The notes below the pieces were generated by a model. That model was not told the origin of the DNA. It made no database searches and saw only the letters and a list, made by a program, of their open reading frames with translations. Positions 22,302 through 31,244 of a DNA stretch of 64,000 nucleotides are shown in pieces. The stretch is from Trichormus sp. ATA11-4-KO1. GTDB lineage: Bacteria; Cyanobacteriota; Cyanobacteriia; Cyanobacteriales; Nostocaceae. Made by a program: the position numbers and the translations under genes. Where the stretch lies: positions 64,001 through 128,000 of the forward strand of contig JAHHIM010000055.1 of the NCBI GenBank assembly GCA_019358915.1, given 5' to 3'. Within the stretch, counting starts at the first letter, position 1. Each line of letters opens with the position of its first letter.

Positions 22302-22588
22302 GTGTCAGATTTAAGTTAACCGAGTTTCAAAAATGTAAATCCCATATTTGGCTCACCGCAAGGGGTTTTGTTTTAACACTAGAACATTCTAAATCACCTA
22401 ATATAGTAAAACTTAAGCAAGCTATAGAAGCTCAAGTAGACTGGGAGTTGTTCAAGGTAACTTTTATGAGTCATGGGTTCTCTCAGCTATCCCCACAATC
22501 TAACACTAGATTAGCTATGGAAGTTGAACTAGAGAAAAAGATTTTACCATATTCACAACGCACCATTTTAAGCCTAAAATCTGCTTAA
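22298..22588 (+). CDS. Phage hypothetical protein
   Basis: 4-bp overlap with upstream ORF. Confidence 0.55.
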   Translation: MSVRFKLTEFQKCKSHIWLTARGFVLTLEHSKSPNIVKLKQAIEAQVDWELFKVTFMSHGFSQLSPQSNTRLAMEVELEKKILPYSQRTILSLKSA

Positions 22589-23106
22589 ACCCACCCCTTG
22601 GTAACTAAAGTATCATTACGGCTGTCCATGGCTCCCACAGTGCAAACTTGGGAGCCATTTATGGTTACAGATGTTGCCTGAGTAAACTCCACAGACTCAG
22701 CCGCCATAGTTAACCCTGTAACCCCTGTAATCTCCATATTACCCTCAGGCTTTACTGTAACTATCACCGATCCTACTTTGATTACTAGGTCATCTCCTGA
22801 GTTAATCACAGGATTACGTAGGTTCTGCATAGACCCAAAATATACCCCTTGATGCGGGTCTCCATCAATGAAGCCCATTAAGACGGTTTCACCCGCTAAG
22901 GGTAATGGGGGGCTAAATGAACTAAATGGTAATGAGCGGTATAGCCAGTTAGTGTTAGACCTGCCCCCCTTAGAAGCGTCTAAGCACTGGATACGTCCTA
23001 AGCCTAAGGGGTCGTCAGTTACACTAACTATCCCGTAGGCTAACCCTTGCACTCGACCTTGTAGTCCTTGGTTAGCTTTGACCAAATCTGCGAAAATGTC
23101 CATCAC
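22585..23106 (-). CDS. Baseplate spike, gpV/gp5 OB-fold
   Basis: DDPLGLGRIQ, P..GETVLMGFIDGDP..GVYFG motifs and beta-strand repeats at the C-terminus. Confidence 0.85.
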   Translation of the reverse strand: MMDIFADLVKANQGLQGRVQGLAYGIVSVTDDPLGLGRIQCLDASKGGRSNTNWLYRSLPFSSFSPPLPLAGETVLMGFIDGDPHQGVYFGSMQNLRNPVINSGDDLVIKVGSVIVTVKPEGNMEITGVTGLTMAAESVEFTQATSVTINGSQVCTVGAMDSRNDTLVTKGWV

Positions 23107-23771
23107 TTAATAATCCCTTGTACTCTTAGGTCTGCTACTCTGAAGGTACCCGCAACGCCCCCGGATTTATAAGTTACCGTGACGTTACCGACCTCATCTG
23201 TGGCTACATTAACGCTTTGGTTTCTAATATTTAACTTAGCCCTTTTACCTGAGTTTTTTAGGGCTTCCGTTACCGAGTTAGTTATATTCTGCCGTTCTCT
23301 AGGTGTGTAAGTTACCTGAGGCTTACCAATAGTGCTAGGGGTGACCGCTACGGGTTCTCTACTAATGAGTAAGTCTAAGTTAGCCTCAGCCTGTGTGACT
23401 TTACCCGATCTCCATTGCTGCTCTACGGGCGTAAACCTGAGTATATGACAACGCTCGATAGATGTAGAGCTAAAGCTAAACCTTAAACTAGCTCCTGAGA
23501 TACACCATGATGTTAGTTGCTGTATGGTATCAGTAACGTCCTTAGTCATACCTTGGGATATAAAAAGTATCCGAGGGATTACTAAGGTACTAGTAGAGCT
23601 ATTCCAGCGTGTATCTGGTTTATCAGTCCCCAATACGCTATTAGTTGCATAAGTAGCTTGGTGCGACCACTGCAACTTTTCAGGGTCTAGTAGAAAGTTA
23701 TAAGTTATCTTACCGTCAGATAGGGTAGCCCCCGTAGTCCCTAAGGGCTTATCAGGTAGTCTATCTTGCAT
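23103..23771 (-). CDS. Tail tube initiator/baseplate tube-like protein
   Basis: FLLDPE motif; position between tape measure and spike genes. Confidence 0.55.
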   Translation of the reverse strand: MQDRLPDKPLGTTGATLSDGKITYNFLLDPEKLQWSHQATYATNSVLGTDKPDTRWNSSTSTLVIPRILFISQGMTKDVTDTIQQLTSWCISGASLRFSFSSTSIERCHILRFTPVEQQWRSGKVTQAEANLDLLISREPVAVTPSTIGKPQVTYTPRERQNITNSVTEALKNSGKRAKLNIRNQSVNVATDEVGNVTVTYKSGGVAGTFRVADLRVQGIIK

Positions 23772-23785
23772 TTATTACTATTAAG

Positions 23786-25621
23786 TCAGGCTAGGCTATT
23801 CTGTTGATATTGTACATATGCTTGGTTTAGGGCTTGCAGCATAGCTTGCGCGTTCTCTTGGGGGTTACCATTTTGTACTGGTACATTTATAGTAGGCGCA
23901 AATGATTGCTTAGTCTCTTTGGCTATAGGTACACTAGGTAGCGGTAATCCAGGGGTGACTACAGGTTCTACGGGGGTAGATTTAGTATCACTAGGGTTTA
24001 GCACGTTACCTATTATTCCACCACCAGATTTCAGTGCACCTAAAAGCCCATTATCCCCTAGAGGATTTAATCTACCAACTACACCTCCTAAGGCACCTAA
24101 AGGATCAGTAGTAACACGGTTCACACCAGTCTTAACTGTTACCCCAACGTTAGGTATTATATTACCTACCCAGTTGGTAATGTAATCGAACAAGCGCTTT
24201 ATGGCTGACCCTAACTCGTCTAAGTTACCTTGGATAGCTCCTAGGATAAACCCACCAATAAAGTCACCCAACCCATACAGAGCTTTTAAGATACCTACAG
24301 TAACGGTTCCCCAATCTACGCGGGTGAATAGCATGGTAAACAGTTGACCCGTCAAGAAACCTAGCTGTTTGCCTAGTTCCCCCCAGTTTACAGCTTTAAT
24401 GGCATTACCCGTACCCTTCAGAGTGTTATTAAGCCCGTTGAACAGGTTAACAAATAAGTTACTGATGTACTTAGTAATGTCTGAAGCCTTACCTCCTTCC
24501 AAAGTGCCTGTAACGGTGTTAGTAAGGTCGGTGAACCAGTCTAGTGTGGCAATAATACCCGACATAGGGTCGAAGCCAAAGATTTCATTACCTTTCAGGA
24601 TACCTAATGAGTTAAAAAGGGTACCTAGGTTAGTCATAAACCCTTGAACAGCGTCTAACCCCGACCGCCCTCCGGCACTTCCTAACTTTCTTAGAAAACC
24701 AAATAAACCTATATCCGTATCGAACAGGTTGGTATTGGCTAAGGCAATCATAGACTCTACTGTACCATCAAACTCCGCTATAGTTTCATCTGCTACAGCT
24801 TGTCTGGCTGCTACTTTAAGTATTTTAGCTCTAGTTTCGGTGGTCAATGATTTCCAGTCTGCGTCGGACTTTCCAATGATTTTGAGTTGCTCATCTATAA
24901 ACTTACGGAGTAGCGGGTTCTTCTGAAATATATCATTAGTCCCAAAGGCTTCCCCAATACTCATACTACCTGCTAATACGCGGTTAAGCGCGCTACCGCC
25001 CATATTAGCATCTACACCACGGATGCTGGCTAGTACCCCAAAGCGTTTAGTTAGCTCCAATGAATCCTCACGGAACTTATCAATATTACCTTTAGAGTAC
25101 CCGGCTACTGTAGCGGATATCTGGCTATTTATAGCATTATATTCGGCGTTTTCCCCCGGTAGAGCCGCAGCCATCTTAGATATCTCTATACGGGTGTCTT
25201 GTACCAGTTCTTTAGCCCTGCCAAAGTTGATCCCTAACTGGCTACTTAGGTCACCCGCTTGGGCTAACCCTAAAGTCTGGGACTTGGCGGCACTCTGAAC
25301 CGTGCCTGTCATTTTCTGTATACCACTGGTGACTAGGGATACCGCAGCCATTACCCCTGCTGCTCCTAAGTTACCAAATAATATAGACCCCGCTAGCCCT
25401 CCTTGTCCTTGTTCAGCTTGTCCGCCTAAACCCTCCCTAAGTCCGCTTAGGTTAGCCTTAAGTGTGGATAGTTGCATAGGGTTTAGCCCTTGTATATCCT
25501 TCAAGCTTAGGTTAGCTCTGGTGGTAGCCCCCACCGCTTCTATATTTTTCTTTATCTTGGATAACTCAGGGGATAAAAGATCCTTAGCAGTTAGCGTAAC
25601 TTGTATTTTATTACCGACCAT
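23786..25621 (-). CDS. Tape measure protein
   Basis: 611 aa, Gly/Ala-rich helical, N-terminal LTAKD.LS, VNWG/VDWG repeats; downstream of tail chaperone. Confidence 0.75.
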   Translation of the reverse strand: MVGNKIQVTLTAKDLLSPELSKIKKNIEAVGATTRANLSLKDIQGLNPMQLSTLKANLSGLREGLGGQAEQGQGGLAGSILFGNLGAAGVMAAVSLVTSGIQKMTGTVQSAAKSQTLGLAQAGDLSSQLGINFGRAKELVQDTRIEISKMAAALPGENAEYNAINSQISATVAGYSKGNIDKFREDSLELTKRFGVLASIRGVDANMGGSALNRVLAGSMSIGEAFGTNDIFQKNPLLRKFIDEQLKIIGKSDADWKSLTTETRAKILKVAARQAVADETIAEFDGTVESMIALANTNLFDTDIGLFGFLRKLGSAGGRSGLDAVQGFMTNLGTLFNSLGILKGNEIFGFDPMSGIIATLDWFTDLTNTVTGTLEGGKASDITKYISNLFVNLFNGLNNTLKGTGNAIKAVNWGELGKQLGFLTGQLFTMLFTRVDWGTVTVGILKALYGLGDFIGGFILGAIQGNLDELGSAIKRLFDYITNWVGNIIPNVGVTVKTGVNRVTTDPLGALGGVVGRLNPLGDNGLLGALKSGGGIIGNVLNPSDTKSTPVEPVVTPGLPLPSVPIAKETKQSFAPTINVPVQNGNPQENAQAMLQALNQAYVQYQQNSLA

Positions 25622-25679
25622 GTTGACAGTTATGGTTAACCCAGTGTATAGTGATAAGTGTAGTTAAATAAAGATAGTC

Positions 25680-25970
25680 ATGGAACCGTTAACTGAAAGA
25701 TTATCAATGCAAGCTTATATCGCAGGGTATCAAAGTATAGACTCATGGTTAGCCGCACTAGAGGAGGGTGAGATACGTCAAGTTAAGGCAAAACTCTACC
25801 ATGTGGCTTTAACCGAAGACGCATGTAAGTATCTAGATATCCTAAAAATAACAGCATATCTCAGGGGTTGTACTCTCCTAGCACTAGACCCTGATGAAGC
25901 TTTTGAAACCTTTAGAGATTGTTATAACCCGCACGTTAACGAGTTTATGGTACTCATCGAGGAAATCTAA
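25680..25970 (+). CDS. Phage hypothetical protein (early)
   Basis: ORF behind operator-bearing promoter at 25623. Confidence 0.6.
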   Translation: MEPLTERLSMQAYIAGYQSIDSWLAALEEGEIRQVKAKLYHVALTEDACKYLDILKITAYLRGCTLLALDPDEAFETFRDCYNPHVNEFMVLIEEI

Positions 25971-26486
25971 ATGGTACACGAGTTATTAGGTAACCATAAA
26001 GCATCTTCAGAATGGTATACCCCTGAAGACATTTGGGGTAGAATCCGGCTTATTTTTAACGAGGATCACGTGTATGACCCTTGTCCCGCAGGGGGTTTGG
26101 CAGGTTTAGAAGCAGATTGGAGTTTATTTAACAATATTTACGTAAACCCACCTACCCCCGCAGCACCTTGGGCTTTAAAAGCACTTCAGACACATAAAGA
26201 CAATCCTGAGGTTGACATCATATTTGCTTGTTTCTCTGAAGCTGTTCTATGGCAAGTTAACGAACTTCAAGACCATTTAGTCTGCTGGGTACGTAAAAGG
26301 ATTAGCTGGATAGACGGCAACCAGACCGTTAAGGGTAAACCTAACTCTAACTATCTGAAACCTGCGAAGTCACCTAGAAACTATAATGCCTTTGTTTGCT
26401 TAACCAATAACCCTGAGATACGTCACAGGTTTCTTTTCCGTTTCCAAGACCTTGGTACTATTAGAACATCTATACCCTTAAACTAA
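25971..26486 (+). CDS. Phage Dam-like N6-adenine methyltransferase homolog, NPPY changed to NPPT
   Basis: SEWYTP, DPC, GL..DW, YVNPP(T), R.RISW motifs. Confidence 0.65.
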   Translation: MVHELLGNHKASSEWYTPEDIWGRIRLIFNEDHVYDPCPAGGLAGLEADWSLFNNIYVNPPTPAAPWALKALQTHKDNPEVDIIFACFSEAVLWQVNELQDHLVCWVRKRISWIDGNQTVKGKPNSNYLKPAKSPRNYNAFVCLTNNPEIRHRFLFRFQDLGTIRTSIPLN

Positions 26487-26654
26487 CTCCGTATCTCTGA
26501 TAATACTTCTAGGGTCTCAATAACCCTCCAGAGTTCCCAGTCTTCCCAACATACAGCTAACCCTACACTATAGCCACCTGAAGCACTCAAGGTGGCTTTT
26601 ACAATATCGTACCTGGCAAAAGCCCGCCCGGATAATGTGAATATCCAGATACCG

Positions 26655-26939
26655 TTATACTGCCTTCTGATTGAAAACTGGAAAGCTATTGGTTACAAGA
26701 CCTCCTAGCTCGTTTAGGGTTTCGGCGGGCATATCTAATACCTCATCAACGGTCAGCATATCTGTACTCAGTGCTGACAGGATAACCGCCATCACTTCCA
26801 CGGGTACGCTATCATCCTTAAGCGATCGCTGGATAGTTGCTAAGTCCCGACCCTTGGGCTGTCGAAATCCATAAGGTCTATCAAGTGTAACTGTGAGGTT
26901 ACCAGAGCTGTCAAAAACTGCTTTAGGTTTACTAGGCAT
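26655..26939 (-). CDS. Tail assembly chaperone (GpE/Mu gp41-like)
   Basis: FRQPKGRDL motif and C-terminal EVLDMP..L..L; lies between tube and tape measure genes. Confidence 0.7.
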   Translation of the reverse strand: MPSKPKAVFDSSGNLTVTLDRPYGFRQPKGRDLATIQRSLKDDSVPVEVMAVILSALSTDMLTVDEVLDMPAETLNELGGLVTNSFPVFNQKAV

Positions 26940-27036
26940 AGGTTTTAGCTTATTTAAGATTATTTAGTCAAATAGGGTTGACACTCAGTGTACACTCCGT
27001 TAATATAAGGGTATAAGTAAATAGCGAAGAAAACTT

Positions 27037-27201
27037 ATGAGTCCCCAAGAACGAGCTAGAGCTATCTCCGCCAAGTACAACCTAGAGAATCCCGCAGAAG
27101 CAGCCTTGATCAGACTTGAAAGAGAAACCCGGATGGAAAACGCCGAACTGCAAGCTGACCTCCAACTCCGACAGTACCAACTAAGAGTAACACAAGAGTA
27201 A
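27037..27201 (+). CDS. 54-aa phage protein (not in ORF track)
   Basis: MSPQERARAISAKYNLENPAEAALIRLERETRMENAELQADLQLRQYQLRVTQE behind promoter at 26978. Confidence 0.55.
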   Translation: MSPQERARAISAKYNLENPAEAALIRLERETRMENAELQADLQLRQYQLRVTQE

Positions 27202-27262
27202 TAGGGTTGACAGTTGTGGTTAACCCGGTTATAGTAGATACATAGAGAACAAAGGAGCCGAT

Positions 27263-27490
27263 ATGAGCCGCACACAGAGGGATATACAATACAGCAATGA
27301 TGCAGGAATCCGGATAGTTCGTTTCAGAAATAACCAAAGGCTCGAACAGCAGGCAATAGACGAACTTTATGATTATGGGTTACTCCCTAACCCTAGGCTC
27401 ATGGTTAGGGCTAACCGCCTAACCCATCCTAACGACGATTTAACCATATCTGCGGTATTAGAAACCTATATAAGAGAAGACGATGAGTAA
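27263..27490 (+). CDS. Phage hypothetical protein (early)
   Basis: AAGGAG RBS, promoter at 27207. Confidence 0.65.
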   Translation: MSRTQRDIQYSNDAGIRIVRFRNNQRLEQQAIDELYDYGLLPNPRLMVRANRLTHPNDDLTISAVLETYIREDDE

Positions 27491-27641
27491 AGAACCCGAT
27501 TTATTAGTTAGTGATACTACCGTGATTGTTACCGTACAGGAGTCGGCAGATACTCAGGTCATTTATGAGGCACCTGCTAATGAATATGCGGATTTCTTAG
27601 AGGCTAATAATCAAGCCGACCAAGCCCGTAACCGTAAGTGA
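27483..27641 (+). CDS. 52-aa acidic phage protein (not in ORF track)
   Basis: MSKEPDLLVSDTTVIVTVQESADTQVIYEAPANEYADFLEANNQADQARNRK, overlaps upstream stop. Confidence 0.5.
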   Translation: MSKEPDLLVSDTTVIVTVQESADTQVIYEAPANEYADFLEANNQADQARNRK

Positions 27642-27817
27642 TTTAGGTTGACAGTACCCATTAACCCTATCAGGTGTGCTATGAAGGTTTTACTCTAAAA
27701 ATGTTATTCTTTACGTAGACGTTGAAACCTGCGTACGCCGAGGTGGTCACCCATTACCTAACGGTAAATGTCTACTACTACCACTAAAATAAGATTGTAA
27801 TATTTTGTACATCATAA

Positions 27818-27846
27818 CCCCCTAACCACTTAGGGGCTTTTTATTG
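27818..27846 (+). terminator. Rho-independent terminator
   Basis: CCCCTAA-CCAC-TTAGGGG followed by CTTTTTATT. Confidence 0.65.
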
Positions 27847-27912
27847 TTTATAGGGTTGACACTGAGTGTACACTCAGTTATAATAGAGAAGTAAAGAGAC
27901 AAAGGTTAAATC

Positions 27913-28647
27913 ATGGCTTATCAATCAGGCACTCAAGTGATTAAAGGCGAGCGTGCAGTTATTGAAGTAGCTGGCAAGCCTATTGAAGTGTTCATGTTAC
28001 CGAACGGAGATTATGTTTACTCTCAAGCTTCTGCCTGTGAATCCATTGGCAAAGACAGAAATGACTGGTCTAACTATCTACGCAGTAATAAGGGTTCCAC
28101 GGGTCGTCACCCCTCGGCTGAAACCCCTATTAATACGTTAGAGGATTTTGCAGAACCCCCACGGGCTAAGGGTTCCACGGGTCGTCACCAGGGTACTCTG
28201 GTATCAATCGGGCGGACTAGAGTAAAGGCGATTAATGATGTACAAGTAGCAGCTTACTGGTCTTGGAAGTCTAAGAACGGTAGCGTAGAAGCTGAGGCAC
28301 TGTTAACCGCATTAGTATCCGAGGCATTAGCCAGACGTGCTGACGATGCTTTTGGAATCAAAAAGGCTGAGGCAACCTATGAGCAACAGACAACTACTTT
28401 GAGACTAGACCTAATAGAACACGCCAAAGCGCAATATATGGCAGGGAATAAAGATGAGGTGTATTCCACACTCAGTGAGACTGAAGAGGAAATAAGTCTA
28501 CTTATGGTTACTATAGAGCGCCTAAAGTTATCCATAGACGATCTGGATAACTGGTTGATGCGTCATAAAGACTCAGAGAAGCTAGAGATAGCAGAAAATA
28601 GACTAAAAGCACTACTAGGTGTGCCAGTTAGTAAAGTGGCACAATAG
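27913..28647 (+). CDS. Antirepressor-like DNA-binding protein (P63C-related N-terminus)
   Basis: IEVFMLPNGDYVYSQ, YW, ALL.AL..EAL.RRADDAFG pattern of cyanobacterial phage antirepressor-like proteins; strong promoter at 27856. Confidence 0.6.
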   Translation: MAYQSGTQVIKGERAVIEVAGKPIEVFMLPNGDYVYSQASACESIGKDRNDWSNYLRSNKGSTGRHPSAETPINTLEDFAEPPRAKGSTGRHQGTLVSIGRTRVKAINDVQVAAYWSWKSKNGSVEAEALLTALVSEALARRADDAFGIKKAEATYEQQTTTLRLDLIEHAKAQYMAGNKDEVYSTLSETEEEISLLMVTIERLKLSIDDLDNWLMRHKDSEKLEIAENRLKALLGVPVSKVAQ

Positions 28648-28706
28648 GGTTAACAGTTAGAGCAAACCAAGTTATAGTAGATACATAAGCAACCAAGGAG
28701 CCAACA

Positions 28707-29012
28707 ATGAGCCGTTTAACAACAACACAAGCCCGTCGTAACTTTACTTCAGTGTTAGCCAGACACAACGTTAATGACTTCCGTTCTGTGACTAACTTAG
28801 TATATAGAGAGCTATTCGGGTTAGATGCTAACGGGTTAAGAGAAGCCCACGGGTTACCTGATGGTACTAACTTACGGGAAAGCCTACCAGGGTTAGATTT
28901 AGCAGCTATTACTATGCTTGAAGCGTACGTGGCTATCAATATTGATAACTTTAACTCCATTGAAGATGCTATTAGCTACGCGGCTACGGAAGTTAAAGAC
29001 CTACTCGCATGA
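28707..29012 (+). CDS. Phage protein resembling BRO/DinD-associated C-terminal domain
   Basis: F..VTNLVY..LFG..A..LR....L....NLRE.L pattern; AAGGAG RBS; own promoter at 28650. Confidence 0.5.
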   Translation: MSRLTTTQARRNFTSVLARHNVNDFRSVTNLVYRELFGLDANGLREAHGLPDGTNLRESLPGLDLAAITMLEAYVAINIDNFNSIEDAISYAATEVKDLLA

Positions 29013-29079
29013 ATAAGTGACCCGGTGGAAGCTACCAACTGTACGCCGGGTCGTCCAATAACCTTAGGGAGTACCAGAC

Positions 29080-29223
29080 ATGACTAATGATAAACGAGAA
29101 CAAGAAAAACAACAAGTACGCGAGCAATGGGTAAAAGATGAAGCCGAGTTGCAGATATACAAAGAACAGATAAAGTTATCCAAGGAAGCGGCGGAAAAAG
29201 ATAGCCGAGGTAGTGGGAGATAG
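29080..29223 (+). CDS. 47-aa charged phage protein (not in ORF track)
   Basis: GGGAG RBS; MTNDKREQEKQQVREQWVKDEAELQIYKEQIKLSKEAAEKDSRGSGR. Confidence 0.5.
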   Translation: MTNDKREQEKQQVREQWVKDEAELQIYKEQIKLSKEAAEKDSRGSGR

Positions 29224-29254
29224 CTTATTATAGTGGTAGCCTAATACTACCACT

Positions 29255-29488
29255 ATGGATATACAAAACCAATATAAAGCATTAGAGACTAGCTTGATTG
29301 AACTCAGGGCTAGTCTTTCTACTGAGGACGCAGATTATATGATAGTCACTACCGCGCTTAGGGCACTTCGGCGATCGCAGATAGCCTATAGCCTAACCCG
29401 GTATTCAGATAGCCAGACACCTCTTGATAATAAACTACATCCATTACTAACGCCCTCTAAACTTACGCACAAGCGCACGGTGCGTTAA
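29255..29488 (+). CDS. Phage hypothetical protein, paralog of 21834-22004
   Basis: LETSLIEL...IVTTALRALR matches LDSALAEL...IVITALAVLR. Confidence 0.5.
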   Translation: MDIQNQYKALETSLIELRASLSTEDADYMIVTTALRALRRSQIAYSLTRYSDSQTPLDNKLHPLLTPSKLTHKRTVR

Positions 29489-29833
29489 TAGTTGATTACG
29501 GTCAACCCATAGTACTTGAGTATTTATACCTACCCATGAGCCATCTTGGGTGGGTTGAGCATTTAATATAAGTATCCCTTTAGCTAACTCATCCGGCGTG
29601 TAAGTCCTAGGGATTCCCTCAACCCATAGATCCTCTTGGTTAATGTCTACCTGGTTAGCCATAAAGTTTACAATGTCTTGCTTAGTCATTGTCATAACTT
29701 TAGGGCGAGGGATTAGCTCTTTAAACACACTACCTGATTTTAGGACTACTGTTTGGTATTGCGGGATTCCTAACCGGTCAGCTATGGCGGACATTCGGCT
29801 ATTAACATCAACTAGTCGGGAAACTAGACTCAC
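29447..29833 (-). CDS. Putative head-tail joining protein
   Basis: Size and position in head completion cluster. Confidence 0.5.
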   Translation of the reverse strand: MSLVSRLVDVNSRMSAIADRLGIPQYQTVVLKSGSVFKELIPRPKVMTMTKQDIVNFMANQVDINQEDLWVEGIPRTYTPDELAKGILILNAQPTQDGSWVGINTQVLWVDRNQLLTHRALVRKFRGR

Positions 29834-30342
29834 GGTCTACCTCCACGGCGTAGAAGTGGTTTAGCGGCTCCTATAATGTCTTTTTGTTTACGCGTCAACT
29901 TAGTCTTAGGGTCAAACCCTCTGCGGTTGGAGAAACCGCCGGGTACATTATCTGACACTCGGTTACCGTAGGTGGGCTGGTCAGGGGTACCCACCATCTC
30001 AGCTATTACTGAGGCTCCTAATGTCCGTCCTAACTCTTTAGCTAACTCTTGCTCAAACACTAGGCTAATATCAATCAAGCTAGACGTTAGCATTTGCCTA
30101 GGTGCCATTTTACGGGTACCTAGTTCTACAAAACCAGCATAAGGTGTATCATTTAACCATCGGATGCCGTTACCCTCTAACTTAGCCTTCCAGTTACTTT
30201 TTAGCTCTCCAGTGTCCACCGGGGTTCTAGCGGATACTAAGGCTAACCCAAAGGTTTTAGCCACATTAGCGGCTTTAGTGATTGCCGGGGTGACTTTATT
30301 ACCTGTAAAAAGTTCCCCAAAGTAGCTTATTTCTGCGCTCAT
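29830..30342 (-). CDS. HK97 gp10-like tail-component protein
   Basis: TPVDTGELKSNW, PYAGFVELGTRKMAPR motifs. Confidence 0.88.
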   Translation of the reverse strand: MSAEISYFGELFTGNKVTPAITKAANVAKTFGLALVSARTPVDTGELKSNWKAKLEGNGIRWLNDTPYAGFVELGTRKMAPRQMLTSSLIDISLVFEQELAKELGRTLGASVIAEMVGTPDQPTYGNRVSDNVPGGFSNRRGFDPKTKLTRKQKDIIGAAKPLLRRGGRP

Positions 30343-30716
30343 GCGTAGTTCCTAACGACTAAGGGGGTGACTGATAAACCCTGAGGGCTTCTACCTAGGT
30401 ACTTATCAAACTTTAGGGTAACTCCTGATATTTGTTCTAGCTCTTTAAGCAGCCTAGTACCCTCGGCTTTAGTTATTAGGATGTTACGGTTAAAGTCTAC
30501 CTTAACGCCCCCCACATCTATAGCCATCGAGTCTTTACGGTTCTGTTCTAACTCAGCATCTATCAGTAGCAACTTAGACAGTATTGTCTGCATGTACTCG
30601 ATGTCATCAGATGTGTAGTCAGGGATCTGTATAGGGTTACTCGTGTACCTAGGGTCAAACTGGCGCGCCGAATAACCTAATACATAACATAAGTTTTGAT
30701 TAAACGACAGAGCCAT
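30339..30716 (-). CDS. Putative head-tail adaptor
   Basis: Position after capsid/tube genes; helical bundle plus DVGGVKVDF hairpin. Confidence 0.5.
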   Translation of the reverse strand: MALSFNQNLCYVLGYSARQFDPRYTSNPIQIPDYTSDDIEYMQTILSKLLLIDAELEQNRKDSMAIDVGGVKVDFNRNILITKAEGTRLLKELEQISGVTLKFDKYLGRSPQGLSVTPLVVRNYA

Positions 30717-30721
30717 AAGTA

Positions 30722-31159
30722 TTACTGATATGTGGGTAATGAGTTGAATATTAGTACTAACTCAAACACTGCTAAACCTGAAGACTCACGATCCCAGGTG
30801 GGATACTTATAATCAGCTAACTGACAGTTAGAATATAGGATCTGCTTAGCACCGTCGAAGGGTGAACCAACCAAATCGGACTTAACGGGTTGAATGGCTA
30901 CGTTAAAGGGCGTAGGGTTAGCCACTTGTTGCTCTACCCAGTTAATAACTACCCCATCCTCTTTAGGATCGAAGTTTTTCATTACCGTTAGGTCTTCGAG
31001 GCTAAGAAAACCTACGAAAGTCTGTTCTATACCTTGTTTACCGTCGTTATATTTGATTTTCTCACGGGCTACTTTACCGCCGTTTAATGCCTTCCAATAT
31101 ACCCCTGAGATGTCAGAGATGGTAATGATGGCTTGCTTTTGAGATATGGGATTTAGCAT
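30722..31159 (-). CDS. Tail tube protein (gp19-like)
   Basis: 145 aa, beta-rich, INW, YSNC, C-terminal ESSGLAVFELVL as in contractile-tail tubes. Confidence 0.65.
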   Translation of the reverse strand: MLNPISQKQAIITISDISGVYWKALNGGKVAREKIKYNDGKQGIEQTFVGFLSLEDLTVMKNFDPKEDGVVINWVEQQVANPTPFNVAIQPVKSDLVGSPFDGAKQILYSNCQLADYKYPTWDRESSGLAVFELVLIFNSLPTYQ

Positions 31160-31196
31160 AGTTAAACGTGGTTTAAATATAAATAGTCAAATATTA

Positions 31197-31224
31197 AAGC
31201 CTCTTAGGTGATTCTAAGAGGCTT
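31197..31224 (-). terminator. Hairpin terminator after major capsid gene
   Basis: AAGCCTCTTAG-N6-CTAAGAGGCTT, followed by a T-rich run on the minus strand. Confidence 0.65.
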
Positions 31225-31244
31225 ATTAGGCTATAAGCTAATAC

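Noticed and set aside
26574..26598. Hairpin AGCCACC..GGTGGCT as the frameshift stimulator
   Set aside because: About 80 nt from the slip site, too far; more likely a terminator for the opposing early operon
27000..27337. Minus-strand ORFs 27000-27275 and 27110-27337, and similar antisense ORFs elsewhere
   Set aside because: Shadows of plus-strand genes that have their own promoters and RBSs
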